The position numbers and the translations under genes were made by a program. A stretch of 64,000 nucleotides of DNA. It comes from the human T2T-CHM13v2.0 reference genome, Homo sapiens. Below the pieces are notes generated by a model. It did no database searches, had not been told where the DNA came from, and saw only the letters and a program-made list of their open reading frames with translations. The DNA is taken from assembly GCF_009914755.1 (NCBI RefSeq), contig NC_060929.1. One strand, given 5' to 3'. This document shows, one piece after another, positions 28,188-40,780 of the stretch (positions within the stretch are counted from its first letter, which is position 1; every line of letters begins with the position of its first letter).

Positions 28188-28604
28188 CTCTAGAACATCG
28201 ACATACTTTTACAAAATGGAGATAATACCAAAGTTTCATTCTATTAGAATATTCATAGGCAATATGAGATCCAAAGTATATGTCCAATAACTTTGTACAG
28301 AAAAATTATTGTATTGTACGTCAGTTTGCTCTTAATAACATATATTTTTATGTCAGACATACCTGCATTCAAGTCCTGGGTCTGCTGATTGATACTGGGA
28401 AAGATGACACAAATTCTCTAAGCCTCAGTTTTATCATCAGCAAAGTAGAAATCTATTTTCTCTTTCACTCCATAAGTGTGTAATGAGTGCTTTTTCACCA
28501 GATACTATACTAGGAGATGGATAAACAATGGTGAATAAGATCTAAAGTCTCACCTAATTCAGCTCTAATTATACATACTTTTGAGGGTTGTGGTGAAGAT
28601 TAAA

Positions 28605-28745
28605 TTATATATATATACACACACGCAGATACATACATATATATATACACACACATATATATGCACACAGAGGCATCTATATCATATATACATCATATGT
28701 AGTATACCATAGATACATAATACATAGTATATCACATAGAGTACA
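28605..28745. repeat. Degenerate (TA)/(CA) low-complexity tract
   Basis: Direct reading. Confidence 0.75.
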
Positions 28746-31339
28746 TCCAGAATACTTAACCTGATTCCTGCTACATTGCAAGCACTCAGTATATAGTGGC
28801 TCTTCCTCATGATCATAATTACAGCAGAAGTCCTTTTAACAGACCTCCAAGTAGCTGACACTCCAAGAAGAAAAAGTGCCTTCCATTCTTTCTGTAAAAC
28901 AGGCCTACAACATCCTTTATAAGTACTCACAGCTAATTGAGTAGACTAATCTCTGGTACATAGGCAAACTTCTGCTCCTTCAGGTTGAGTTGCATGTTTA
29001 CTGAGAGTCATTTGTGTTTGTTTCCAAATCTCCTGATGCAAGTTATACTTGTTAGTTAATTAAATATCATGAAAGGTAATGAGAAGAATAGTGTTAAAAG
29101 GAGGATGATTGTTTCATATGAAAAGTCAGTTGAAGAATTTCAAAAGACTTGACAAAGCATTGTCAAATTAAAAGTAGGAGATATAAAAATTGGGGAACAA
29201 TTACAAAAATCTAGAAGTATTCTGTAGTAAGATTGCTTCTGCGATATCTATGGTCTTGTTCAACCTCAAGGAAATCAAAATTGGGCATGGTCTTTGTCAT
29301 TTGGGGGACAGTTCATGCAAGAAAAATATTACAACCCCTAATCAGCAGATCCATACTCAAAGGTAAGGTCTTGATTCTTCATCGGGCCTTTCATTGAAAT
29401 TAGTAAATTTAAATGGTATGTTATTTTTTATGACTCCTTGCCTTAACTTTTCAAGTTTACTGTCAACTATTGGTCCCAAATGCATGGAGTAGAGAGGGAT
29501 TCTTTTGTATTTATTTATTTATCACATATAAATAGTAACATGTTGCCTCATCCCCTGCCATATTTTTGTTGGCAAGAAAACACTCAGCAAGATGAAGTGA
29601 CCTGCCCAAGGCCACAGAACTAGCATAGCCAGAGGTGTGTCTAGAGCCAGGTGGGCTCTGATTCCACCACTTCGGCCACCTCATGATAACAGAGAGATAA
29701 ACAGGACACAGTTTCACGCACCCTGGCTTCTGTGGTTAATTATATTTTGAGAAGGACGGAGTGTCACCTGCCCAAATAGATGGAAAGACATTTGAGAACA
29801 AGACTATAGGCTTATACTTCACCATATGCCCCAGAACTTCCTACATAGCACTTGGCAATAAATAATTTTTGTTTGAATTGTTAAATTTTCTTTCCTACTT
29901 TATAATAGTGGAAGAAATTGGGGCCTTCCTGGTTTCTGAAAAAATTATGCTCCCTTGGAGTTTATAACCCCCACCATGGAGTATAAAATAACAGGAGAGA
30001 AATTCTATTGTGCCTGTCAGATCATGTCATTGAGAGCTTAACCTCATTGATTGGCACTTGCTCTTCCCCATCAGTGTGGCAAGATGAGCAGCACCCTGCT
30101 CACCAGATGGTTATTTGTTCCACCAGCCACCTTTGCTGAGTCCCTGATTCACTCCAGCCCAGGACTGTCTCCAGCATTCATGCTGCAAGGCAGCTCCTGC
30201 CAACAACTTTGCCAAATGGCTCCTCTCAAAGTCATGGCTGCCCAGACAGACTGGCTCCTCCATCTGCAGCAGCTTTTGGCAAAGAGAAGTTTCCCTTTCT
30301 GGCTCTGCCTCTTGGCTGCACCAGAACCTTCTTGCCAGAAGGATGATTTGACCCAGGAAGTACAGCCAGACCTGGAATTTCTGGGGTCATTTAAAGCCTA
30401 TGGCCGTGTTTTCCCAGTCTCACCCCTGAGGTGAACATCAGAACATATCAAAGAGACCTAGATGATCACAAATACAGAAATAATGCCTCATAGAAACTGA
30501 GAGTCAGAAAAGTCTGTAGAGAGCATGCCTTCCCTCCCCCATCTTCAACCTCATTATAGTAGCTTAGGAAACTGAAGCCCAGAGAATAAAAGTGACAAAT
30601 TATGGTAGCAGGACTGGAATCCTACCCAGGTCTTCTGATGTGCATTCCACATAACTGCTGATACTGCATTGCCTTTCCATTTCCCCCCAGTTCATTTTCA
30701 AATCCTTGGTAGAAATTGGACCCTTGTATTGATTGATTCAGAAGAATATTTTTTAGAAAAATGAATCATCTTTTCCCTATCAACATCATAACTGTTCTTT
30801 TAAACAGGTGTTCATATACTACATTGTGATGAATTTTTGCCAAGTTTAAGAATACAGGGTTTGGAATCAGATAGACCTGGATGTGACTTCTGTTCTACTC
30901 ACTGTTGTGTAACTATGGACTAGTAATCATATTATTCTGCTTTAACTTTTCATTTAAAGGGGGATAAGAACAGTATCAGCCTATACAAGTAAACTGGATT
31001 ACATGAGAAAAATACTTTAAGGCTCTAAGCCTGTACTGGTGCACAGAAAGCCCTCCATAACTACCAGCAATCATTATTAATTATTAACATTCAAATCCAC
31101 AATGGTTTTGGAAGACACAGTACTGGGCACATATGAATAGGTAGATCAGGTATTCTCATTCTCTACATTAGGAAATTCAGGTTCTTGGTTTAAATGACTG
31201 ATCCAAGGTTACACAGAAAACAAATAGAAGACCACAGATTTCTGATTTTTTCTTGCCATTTTGCTAAGAAATGGGAACTGTCATCTCAGCTTTAAAGATA
31301 ATAAAATCAGGAAGGAGGACATTTAAACAAAAACACATA

Positions 31340-31790
31340 TACACAGATAATCACTGCAGCATCTTATGTAATATAAAAGCTGGAAACGATTTTCTATCCA
31401 CAGGGAACTACTAAATAAACTGTGGTACTGTCATACTATGGAGCACCGTGCAGCCATTAAAAGGCATGAGACAGATGTAGGTGTTCTGATATGGAAAAAT
31501 CTTGAAGACGTATCACTAGTAGAAAAACAAAGTGCAAATAAAATGGGCAGTGTGTACTCATTTATGCAAACATCCTCCCCAACTATATATCTGTACATGT
31601 ATATTTAAATGTATGAATAGAAAGATGGCTCTGAGGAAGTCTACCAACTACTGATAATGGTAACCTTTGGGTAGGAAAGTGGGATGGGCATGGGATGGAG
31701 GGTGATTCATGCTTTATTTACTTATCATGCTTGAATCCTTTTAAGTAAGAAAGAATATAGTATTATTTGACTTATAAATAAAAACATAAA
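31340..31790 (+). mobile_element. Old L1ME-type 3' fragment
   Basis: AAATAAACTGTGGTAC...GCAGCCATTAAAAGG...ATATGGAAAAATCT motifs. Confidence 0.6.
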
Positions 31791-32226
31791 GGCAGAGGGA
31801 AATGTGAATTATAATAATGCAGTTGGCATGAACCAACAGACCTCCCAACTTGAGTGTCTCTAGCCCTAACCTGACTTCTACAAAGCTACATAAGCAATGT
31901 TAGTTTCACTGAGTTTCCTGTGTGGCTCTCCCACTGTGGTAGGGTCCTTCCTGGTGGTATTTTGTACTTAGGGACCCAAGTTCTATCTTTCAGACCACCT
32001 GGGAACTCTCAGCAGCATCTTGCTACAATATTCCCTATTAGAGACATTTACAGCTTTGCCACCCTCTACACCCTTGTGTGTCTGTAGAGGGACATCAAGC
32101 TGATCCTTCTACGTCAAGTGGAGGAGGCGGCCTGCCATTCTTTGACCACTTCAGGTTCATTGCTTAGCAAGGATTCATACCAGTGTGATAAGCAATGCTT
32201 GATGGAGGAGGTTTTCAGTTCCCCAG

Positions 32227-32624
32227 TGTTATGGACCAAATTGTGCCCCCCTCCACCCCAATCTATATGTTGAAGCCCTAACTCCTATGTGACTGTATTT
32301 GGAGATAGGTCCTTTAAGGAGATAATTAAGATTAAATGAGGTCATAAGGATAAGGTCTTATGGGGCTGGTGCCCTTGCAAGAAGAAAAAAAAATGCCAGA
32401 GATTGCGCTCTCTCTTTTCACACTTGCACACAGGAGAAAGGCCATATGAGGACCCAGCAAGAAGTTGGCTATACATGGGAAGAGAGAACTCACCAGAAAC
32501 CAACCATGCTGGCACCTTGATCGTGGACTTCCAGACTCCAGAAATGTGAGAAAACAAAATTTCTGTTATTTAGGCAACCCAGTATGTGGCGTTTTTAAAA
32601 ATGCAGTCTGAGCTGACTAATACA
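32227..32624. mobile_element. MLT1A-type MaLR solo LTR
   Basis: TG...CA termini; TATGTTGAAGCCCTAAC, GTGACTGTATTTGGAGATAGG and GGACTTCCAG motifs; 5-bp near-TSD CCCAG/CCAAG. Confidence 0.85.
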
Positions 32625-34899
32625 CCAAGCACAAAGGCCAGTACACCTGAAACACATCCTCCCACAGGTAAGGTACTCTTCGCCACGCTCCGTCCAACAG
32701 ACCCCATCCTTCTCAGGTTAAAACCTGTTCATAAGGGCCCCTCTAGATTCCTAAACTCCATACATCTTTTTTCCCCTTACACACAGACCCCCACCCCACT
32801 TCATTTAACATTTGTTGTAAGCGATCAAGTCATTTACCTCTAAAGCACAGAAGTGAAAGTCTGACTACCCCCATACAAGCACACACCCTTTCTCATTACC
32901 CAGGATGACCCTTTCTCCAAAGAAAGCTATGAACATTAACAATTAATATTTCCCACTATTAACTCTTTCCACAGTGAACTTGGAGCAGGAGAACTCAAAG
33001 GTTCCTGGGTTATTTCTGACAAAGTTCCTAGTGGACTTATAAAAATAATCTGTGCTTTCTGCGAGATAGTTATGTTGGGGCTGACTTTCAGCCTGATTCT
33101 AGAGTTCTATTGGAGTCAAAAGAAGGAAATTTGGTGGTAAAGATGACAAGTTGGGTGAAAGCAAAATCGTCTTCTTATTAATGGAAGATGAGGGGAACCA
33201 GCTGGAGAGCCACTCTGGCCAAAGTGAAGCCTCAGACATCTACATATTTATGTGCAAAAGAACATCTGCCATCCCACAGCTGCCTCCGTCATATTTCTCT
33301 TGCTGTGGCCCAGGCAACTATATGAGTTGTCATGAGCTGGGAAGAGTGGGTGCCTAGATGGCCCAGCGGGACCATCTCAGCTCAGCTCAGTCTGGGAGCT
33401 GCATGCTTACTGTCCTACACTGGGGATGAGTGACATGGAGAAAGCTATTCAAAAAACTCCAGCTAGTTCTCACATCTTGATTGCTCAATTCCATAAACAT
33501 TTTTTTCTGTTCTTATTATATAACAGAAGAAATCTACAGGAGTAAGTCAGCTAAGAATTCTGTTACTGGGTCGTAGAATTCAGCTTCCTCCCTGTGGGAT
33601 AATGGAAAAGGCCCAGAGACGTGCACTGCTGTGCTAGGAGAAGATAGATCAAGTAAATCCAGCAGCACCGACCAGGCGCCAATGGGATATATGTGGAGGG
33701 TGGAGCACAACTTGCATTTCTCCAAAAGATCCTGAGCAGCATGGGTGAGCAAAGAACATGTGCCAAGAATCCACACAGTCATGAGCTCTAATCTGGTTAT
33801 GCCACTTACAAGTGAGTATGTTTGTAATACATGTGTATTTGTTATGCAAGTTCCTTTGGTTCTCTGTACCTTGAAATTTCTTATTTTAAAAATGAGGTTA
33901 ATGCAACCATTCTCTCTGGGTTGTTGATGGAGATTAAATGAGTAAACATAAGAAATACCTAGGAAAATGCCTGGAATAGACAGTACTCGCGATACCTTAG
34001 TTTCTTTCCCTCAGCTAAGTGTCGAAATTGGACCCCTATTTCTTCTTAAATGCAAACGCCAAAGTCTAGGAATGTCAGTCTACAGCTGTGCTCTTTTCAT
34101 TGGGCATTACCAATATTTTGACAGGACTGGCCTAATATTATTCACCCCAGGATCATTGGTACATTTCTGACCAGCACTCATAAAGGGCTTGGGATTGCCC
34201 CTGGGGACCTGGATGCTAATAATGAATACTTGCTAGTGATTTTCAATGCATTCTGGTTATTATGTTTAGTAGCAGAACATTTCCCATCCCCAGAAAGGTC
34301 ATTTACAATAGTGTAAGGCAGCTACTTCTCACCTCGCATTTCAGGTTTCTCTGAGAACAGCAGAGAGCTCAAACATTCATCCATATGCATTGGAAACAGC
34401 ATTCTGATCTGGCATTTGCATACAAATACCAAAGCAACTTAAGGAACTATGAGGCAGCTCTCCATCATATGACACTACCCCCTTTTATTTTTTCAATGCC
34501 TTCCCAGCATCTTCATATCAAAAGCCATTTTCATGTACCTTCCCAGCTTTATTCATTATAAGTTTCCCCTTTCTTGAGCTTATTTGGAATGGGGGATGGA
34601 GGAGGAATCTTTACTTCCTCACTTTTACTCTCTGTGGCCCTAAAAAGCTAATGTATTTCACAAATCACTCAGATCTCAAACCTGGAGACGTTCTAAACTC
34701 AACTCATCCAAGACTGGACTCTTCTTATCCTACCACATTGCTGAGAAATGGCCATATATTATAGTATTACTTGAATAATATCAGTGTGTGGTTATTTATG
34801 CTTACCAAGGCCCTATTCTATTGTGAGGTACTTTTTTGCTACAATTTCTTCATACCAAGCCAAGATCCACTTCCTTGTACTTTCTCACTCATTGGTTCA

Positions 34900-36330
34900 A
34901 ATTTTGCCCTGAAATGTTCTTATCTGAGGCATCTCATCTATTCATACAGTTTTAAGTACCTTTAATATGCTGGTGATGTTTAATCTCAAATTTATTATCT
35001 AGTCCAGGTCTTTCTCTTGAGCTTCAGACCCAGAAATCCAATTGTCTACTTGCAAGTCTCACTGTGAAACTAGATGTCTCACTGTCTTCTCAAACTAATC
35101 AGTTTTCAGTCTGTTTCCGCTTTTAGTGATGCGCCCCATTATGCATCCATTTTCATGGCAAAATTCTGGGAGTTGTCCTTGACATCACCTTCTCCATCTG
35201 CACCCAATCATAGTAAGTAAGTGCAATGCAATCTTTCTCTATTACGTATCTTAAATCCATCTAATTCTCTCCATCTCTACTGATGCCACCATCCTGGAGC
35301 ACACCATGACCTCCTAATTATCTCCCAACTTTCATTCTTTTTCATTACATGCCTGGCTCTCTAACCCCATCCTACACAGCAGCCAGATTAAACTTCTAGA
35401 AAAACAAATCTGATCATGTTTCCCTTTTCCTTAATGGCTTTCCATTCATCTTTGGATAGAGTCCAAACTCCTTGTGGTCAACAAGGCTTGATATGATCTG
35501 GTCCCTGAATACTTCTCCAGTCTTTTTTTCCCCCAACATTTTATTATGAAAATTCAAACAGACTGCAAAGTGGAAAAAAAATTACAGTGATTATCCATAG
35601 ACCCACCACCTCAATTTAGTTATTAACTTTTTTTTTGAGATGGAGTCTCGCTCTGTCACCAGACTGGAGTGCGGTGTCGCGACCTCGGCTCACTGCAACC
35701 TCTGCCTCCTGGGTTCATGCGATTTCCTGCCTCAGCCTGCTGAGTAGCTGGGATTACAGGCATACACCACCATGGCTGGCCAGTGACTAACATTTTATAC
35801 TTGCTTTATCATATGTCTATCCATTTACCCATCCCTCTCTCTTAGCATTAATCTTTCTTGCTTCTGGTACATTTCAAAATGAACTGCAGACTCCATTCTC
35901 ATTTTTATCACTCTTCTCCCTGTTCCTAGCCATAGTCATCTTTCCATTCCTTGAATCAGTTAGGCTATTTTATCTCTCTGGGCTTTTGTACCTATTGTCC
36001 CTTCTACCTAAAATGCTTTCAGGTCTTGTTAATTGCAAATTCATCCTTTAGTTGTCAGTTTCAGCTGTCTGAGAGGCTGTCCTTGAACTCCCGATCTAAA
36101 TTAGATCCACCTTTCCACCTTATGACCCCAAGGCATCTTGTGCCTTTCCTAAATATCACTTATCACAATTGGTAACTATATATTTATTTGCAAAATTATT
36201 TGTCTCATACTATCTCCTTTGCTAGATTGAAAGATCCCTGAGGACAGAGACCACGTCTGTATTGGAACATCCCGTATCACCTCTGCAAAACGTCAGTATT
36301 TGTTGAAGGAATTAAAGGCAGAATGAATCA
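34900..36330. mobile_element. Fragmented L2 with nested old L1 piece and Alu right arm (35628-35780, minus)
   Basis: L2 motifs (CACAGCAGCCAGA...AAATCTGATCATGT) on both sides of an L1M-like piece that contains an Alu right monomer. Confidence 0.55.
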
Positions 36331-37074
36331 ATAATCGAAAGGAGCTACTTGGAATAGTAAACTTGTTCTTCCTTTAATATGTATAAACAAGACAGTTTTT
36401 TAAAAAGGCTTCTGAGGGAAGGTGGAACCCACTTGTTGCCAGAATATAACCAGGAAGTACATTAAGTAACAATAACAGCTATAATGAATTAAGGGTGGGC
36501 TTTGTATTAGGCATATCCCGAGTGCTTGAGTGCTTTCTCTGCATCAAATAATTTTTCTTTGGCATAGGTTCTATTGTTATTCCCACTTTCCAGCTAAGGA
36601 AACTGAGAACAGAGCAGTTATTTTAAAACACCCCATCTATGTAGAATATTTGGTCTATCTGTGGCCCCATTTGAAAGTAGGAAGATTAATCTAGAAAACT
36701 CACAGACTGCTATAATGGAGATAGGGTTTTACTTGGCTGTAACAGAAGCCTAAAAATATAGCAGGAAACCCACATATAGAGAGATTTGAGAGATGAATCC
36801 CTGGTTAGGAAACCTGGGGTTCCATATCTGAAAAAAAAAATCAAACCATTGTGTTGACTTTATTTTTGTGGGAAATTTCAACCCTACCCAAGGCCCTTCC
36901 TCTATATAACCCCATACACACACTTCAAATTTTCCCTGCAAAGGATTTTATGCCTGATGGAAATATAGCTTATACACTGAGATAAAACCATTGCAATCTT
37001 TCCCAGAATAAGAGCTGATGGTTAAAGGAAAATGAAGTAGTGCAGAATTTCCTAGTGGGAGAACCTGGCCTTCA

Positions 37075-37285
37075 GACACTGGCTTGAGTTTGAAGACAAG
37101 GTTTTCCATTGAATGTGTGACTTTTGGCAAATTAGTAACATCTTCAGACCTCAGTTGCATCAGTTTCCTTCTTTGAAAATGGAAATGACAACATCCATTT
37201 AACAGGGTTTAGATATATTGAAATGCTATACATAAAGAGCTCAGCACAGTGCTTGGAACATAGAAGATGCTCAAAGATGTTAACT
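37075..37285 (+). mobile_element. MIR
   Basis: TGTGACTTTTGGCAAATTAG...CAGTTTCCTT...AAAATGG...AGCACAGTGCTTGG. Confidence 0.65.
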
Positions 37286-40007
37286 TTAAAAGAGGAGGAA
37301 AGGTAGGGGAGGGTGGTAATTTTCATGCTCAGAATTAAAAAAAAGTCCTAGGAAATTTATTTATTAAATGCACACCATGCATTCTTTTGAGAAAGACAGA
37401 GAGAGAGAAAGAGACTGAGAGAGGGGAGCTTGGGTGAAAGTGTCCTTTAGCATTTGCATTGCTCTTAGCTGGATGAACTTGCCTGCAGTCACCACTTACA
37501 ATGCAAATTGAGTTTAGAGTCCTTCACACTAACTACACAGCAAAAACCTTTCAGCTTTAAATAGAACACTGCAATGTGGAATGATCTGAGCAAACAGAAG
37601 AAAAATTCAGAAATACATGTGAAGGAGATATTTTGGAGGAAAAAAAAGAACAATCTGACATAACTGAGCAGGTAGGAGGAAAATGTAGAAATAGTAAAGG
37701 AAACAGAAAAGCAAGATCTATGGAAGGACTAGAAGCTAATTCCCCACCCAGTAAGAGGGTATAAGTTAATAAGGGGGAAGAAAACTTGTGGGGCAAGTCC
37801 CCAGTGAGGAGAATTTTTAAAAAGTCTTTTGATCTGGTGCTTTTTCAAGGTATACTAACACTTCTTAAGGAATTCATTGGAAGAACAGGGACTCTTCCCC
37901 CTCTGGCAACAAAATTGCATGAATCTTCCCTGAAACGAATAGGTCAAAACTGTAGGGAACTTCTTGTTCTATCCAACTTCTGGTATTTACATCGTTTAAG
38001 TTCTATTTTCCTTTTCTTTTCATACCTTCTCTAAGATCAGATTTTAAAACCTAGAAGCTTCTGTGAAATAAAGGTTTGTTAGTTTTGAGTGTGATTAGTA
38101 TGTGTGTGTGTTTGAGAAAGAGAAAGAAATCTGAGAGGTTGATTCTCACATGCCAGAAATCTCATTGCTATAAACTCATATCTATTTTTGACTATGTGAA
38201 CCTAGATATTCTATCCAGAATCAGAGTTTTCAAAAATGGAATAAAAATAAGAACAACGGTAATATCCAGGGCCCTGAAAACAATAAAGAATGCCATTTTT
38301 AACTGATTTCTTCACTTCACAATTGACACTCCTGTACACATAGCTCCACTCTGGGCATTTTCTCAGCTTGCTAAGTTTCTCTTGCCTGCATAATGTAATA
38401 TACAAGAAAACATGAAGGCAGCTCTCTTTCTTTGTGGTTACAAACAGAAATAAATGTTCCCCCAAAAGCCAACAGACCCAAGGCCAACTTCTCTCTTGGA
38501 TGACATGCTTAGATACAGAGTTAGTCATGTGCTATCAGGTCACTGAGTCAGTGACAAAGCACTAAGATTGAGGGAGAACATCTTACAATCAGGTTGCCAT
38601 CATGCACAGAAAAAGAATCGGTAAGTATGGTGCTCTGTATAGGGGAGGGATGGGCTGCACATCTTAAAAGCCATCTCTAAGCTCCTGGAAGCCAGAGCTT
38701 ACAACTCTGCTTTATCTGTCTAGCACCATGGGCATACTGGGCTTGATGCTCTCCAAAAATGATGACAAATGGAGAATATACTTTCAATAGCACTGGACAT
38801 TCTTTCTGTCTAGAACTTCCAGGGATGTTTATAGAAGATGCCACCTTTACCCCCAGATGTGTGTGTGTCTTTTTATTTCTTTCAGAGCTTGAACTCTTTT
38901 ACTCCCCCCATCACATTTCTCTAGCAGTCTTTTGATTTGATTAAATATTACAGAAATGTTAGCATCCAAGAATAATAATTTTAAATTAATACACCTTGCA
39001 ACATTGTCCTAAAGCATTTCCACATACATTTTCTCGCATGGATATTACAATGTGATAATGCAACACTTTGTATGAGTGGCTAAGGATAAAAGGCCTACAG
39101 GTAGAAAATGAAAGCAAAAATGCAAAAGTTTTGGCACTGGGGGAAAAAAATGCCTCTACTCTCTATTCACACACAAAAGGCAGAATGAGATTCCACCTGC
39201 TGACTTTCCCTTCCTGCCCGCACAGCACTAGTGCTTATGTCAGAACAAGCTGGGAGAGAGGGAGAGACGACAATTTCACCTCTTGGCAAAGCTCAGCTTG
39301 CTGAACCCTTTTGCTTTCTGCTGGCTGTTGATTCAGCAGAAACTACTGCTGCAGAATTCATAATGGTGATTTTTAAAGGCCCCACCGATCGCGTTGCTCA
39401 CCCCACGTGTCAGCCTCATTCGCTGCCCGCCAGAGCACTATTTCCCCAGCCACCTTTTTATTTTTGCTAATGCACTTCCAAAAGGAAAGAGGTTCGCCCG
39501 TCTGCAAAGGGCTTTTTGGGGTTTTGATTGTCTAAGCAGGTAACCTGGCCGGCCGGGGAGATGAATGGGCAGGAAATGAAACCTTGCCCTCCCTGCAGCC
39601 ACTGAGAGACATAACATCGTTTCGCTCAGGGAGGGGGGACCAAGGTCCTACTGGGCCCCTCCCTTCTTATCTCCCCCCAAGACCCCTGCGAACATCTCGG
39701 GGAAGGGGTCATCTGCCTTCCTGGGGTCATCTTTCTGGGCGAGAGCCCCACCCTGAAAAAGCCTAATCCCTGAGGGCCATTTTAACTCCCGTGGGCGCCG
39801 GGTCCACCTGCTGCTGAACGCCGAGCTCGCCTCGCGGAGCCCGGATGGATGCGAGGTGCACTGGGGCTGCCGGGGCCAGCCGAGCCCCCGCCCCAGCCCT
39901 AGGGCCCGGAGGAGTCTCCGCCACTACGCGCCCAGCTGCCCAGGAAGCACAGTGATCCGCAACTTGCGCCCGGCCCCAACGGCGGAATGCGGCGGGGCTG
40001 GCGTTAC

Positions 40008-40077
40008 CTTCGGTCGCATAGCTGTGGTCGCGCAGGAAACTGTTGTTGATTTTGCGGGTATCAATGTCCTCCTCCAT
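40008..40077 (-). CDS. PPP2R2B: PPP2R2B Bbeta1 first coding segment ([23 protein letters not shown] + first base of Ala codon)
   Basis: Translation matches the recognised N-terminus of PP2A B55-beta. ATG at 40077; 70 nt (23 codons + 1) ending at a phase-1 donor AAG|GTAACG (GT at 40007-40006). The ORF-track continuation to 39763 is intron read-through. Confidence 0.97.
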
Positions 40078-40201
40078 TGACAGCAGGCTTACTTGCGTGG
40101 GAACCAGAAGCCGGCAGACAAGTATCCATGATCCCTCCCCGCAGCCAGTCTCACAGGAGAGGGGGGCAGGGGAGCCAGTGGGACTGCACCATGGTCCGAG
40201 C
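40008..40201 (-). other. PPP2R2B: PPP2R2B exon containing the Bbeta1 start codon (194 nt; 124 nt upstream of ATG)
   Basis: Strong acceptor on the minus strand: TTTTATTTTTTTTCTCTCCGCCTCCCCGTCTCCTCCTCAG|G (AG at 40203-40202). The 124 nt before the ATG are stop-free in the Bbeta1 frame ([41 protein letters not shown]), as I recall for N-terminally extended isoforms. Confidence 0.9.
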
Positions 40202-40596
40202 CTGAGGAGGAGACGGGGAGGCGGAGAGAAAAAAAATAAAAACCCGGCAATGGAGCTGTCACCTCCTCCACTCGGGTTCTGCGAGGCTGCGGCGGCTCCT
40301 CCCGCGCGGTGCGCTCACTCCAGCTCCAGTTCCCAGCGAGGATGCTGCGCCTGCCTCCGCTGCCTCCGGGTGCCAAGATACGCCGTGCCCCGAGGGGTCT
40401 GGTCCCGCCCGCCCGCCCCGGAGGCGCTCACAAGCGGGTCTGGGGAGATGCCCAACAGGTTCCCCTCCTTGGCAGCCGCTCCAAAATGCAAAAAAGATCC
40501 CTCCTCCCCCTGGGAGAGCGGGCAGCCGCGACAAAATGGTGCCTTTCTGGACCCGAGCTGCAGTGGCGAGATGGCAGGGACAGGATTCAGGCTTGC

Positions 40597-40733
40597 CTGG
40601 CCGGAATGAGGGTGCTGGTCCCACGGGAGGGCGGCTCCGGCAGGCGGGGGTAGGGAAGCTGGCGGGGAGCTGGGCAGGGCGCTGCAGCCGGCGCCAGCGC
40701 ACTCACCCTCACACCCACACGCGCGCACTCGCA

Positions 40734-40780
<47 letters not shown>

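Noticed and set aside
29000-29500. Possible Tigger/pogo transposase remnant
   Set aside because: Only vague resemblance by eye; I could not define TIRs or a reading frame, so it is not listed as a feature.
30051-30434. 127-aa ORF in a moderately GC-rich patch
   Set aside because: TTG start, no recognisable homology, no convincing exon boundaries.
33662-33681. CAGCACCGACCAGGCGCC resembling RE1
   Set aside because: Right half-site and spacing do not fit the consensus.
39763-40007. C-terminal 80 aa of the 104-aa ORF starting MEEDIDT
   Set aside because: Read-through past the splice donor into GC-rich intron; not B55-beta sequence.
39856-40702. Several long overlapping ORFs on both strands (e.g. 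188 aa, 147 aa, 114 aa)
   Set aside because: Expected from stop-codon scarcity in a CpG island; mostly non-AUG starts and no recognisable domains.
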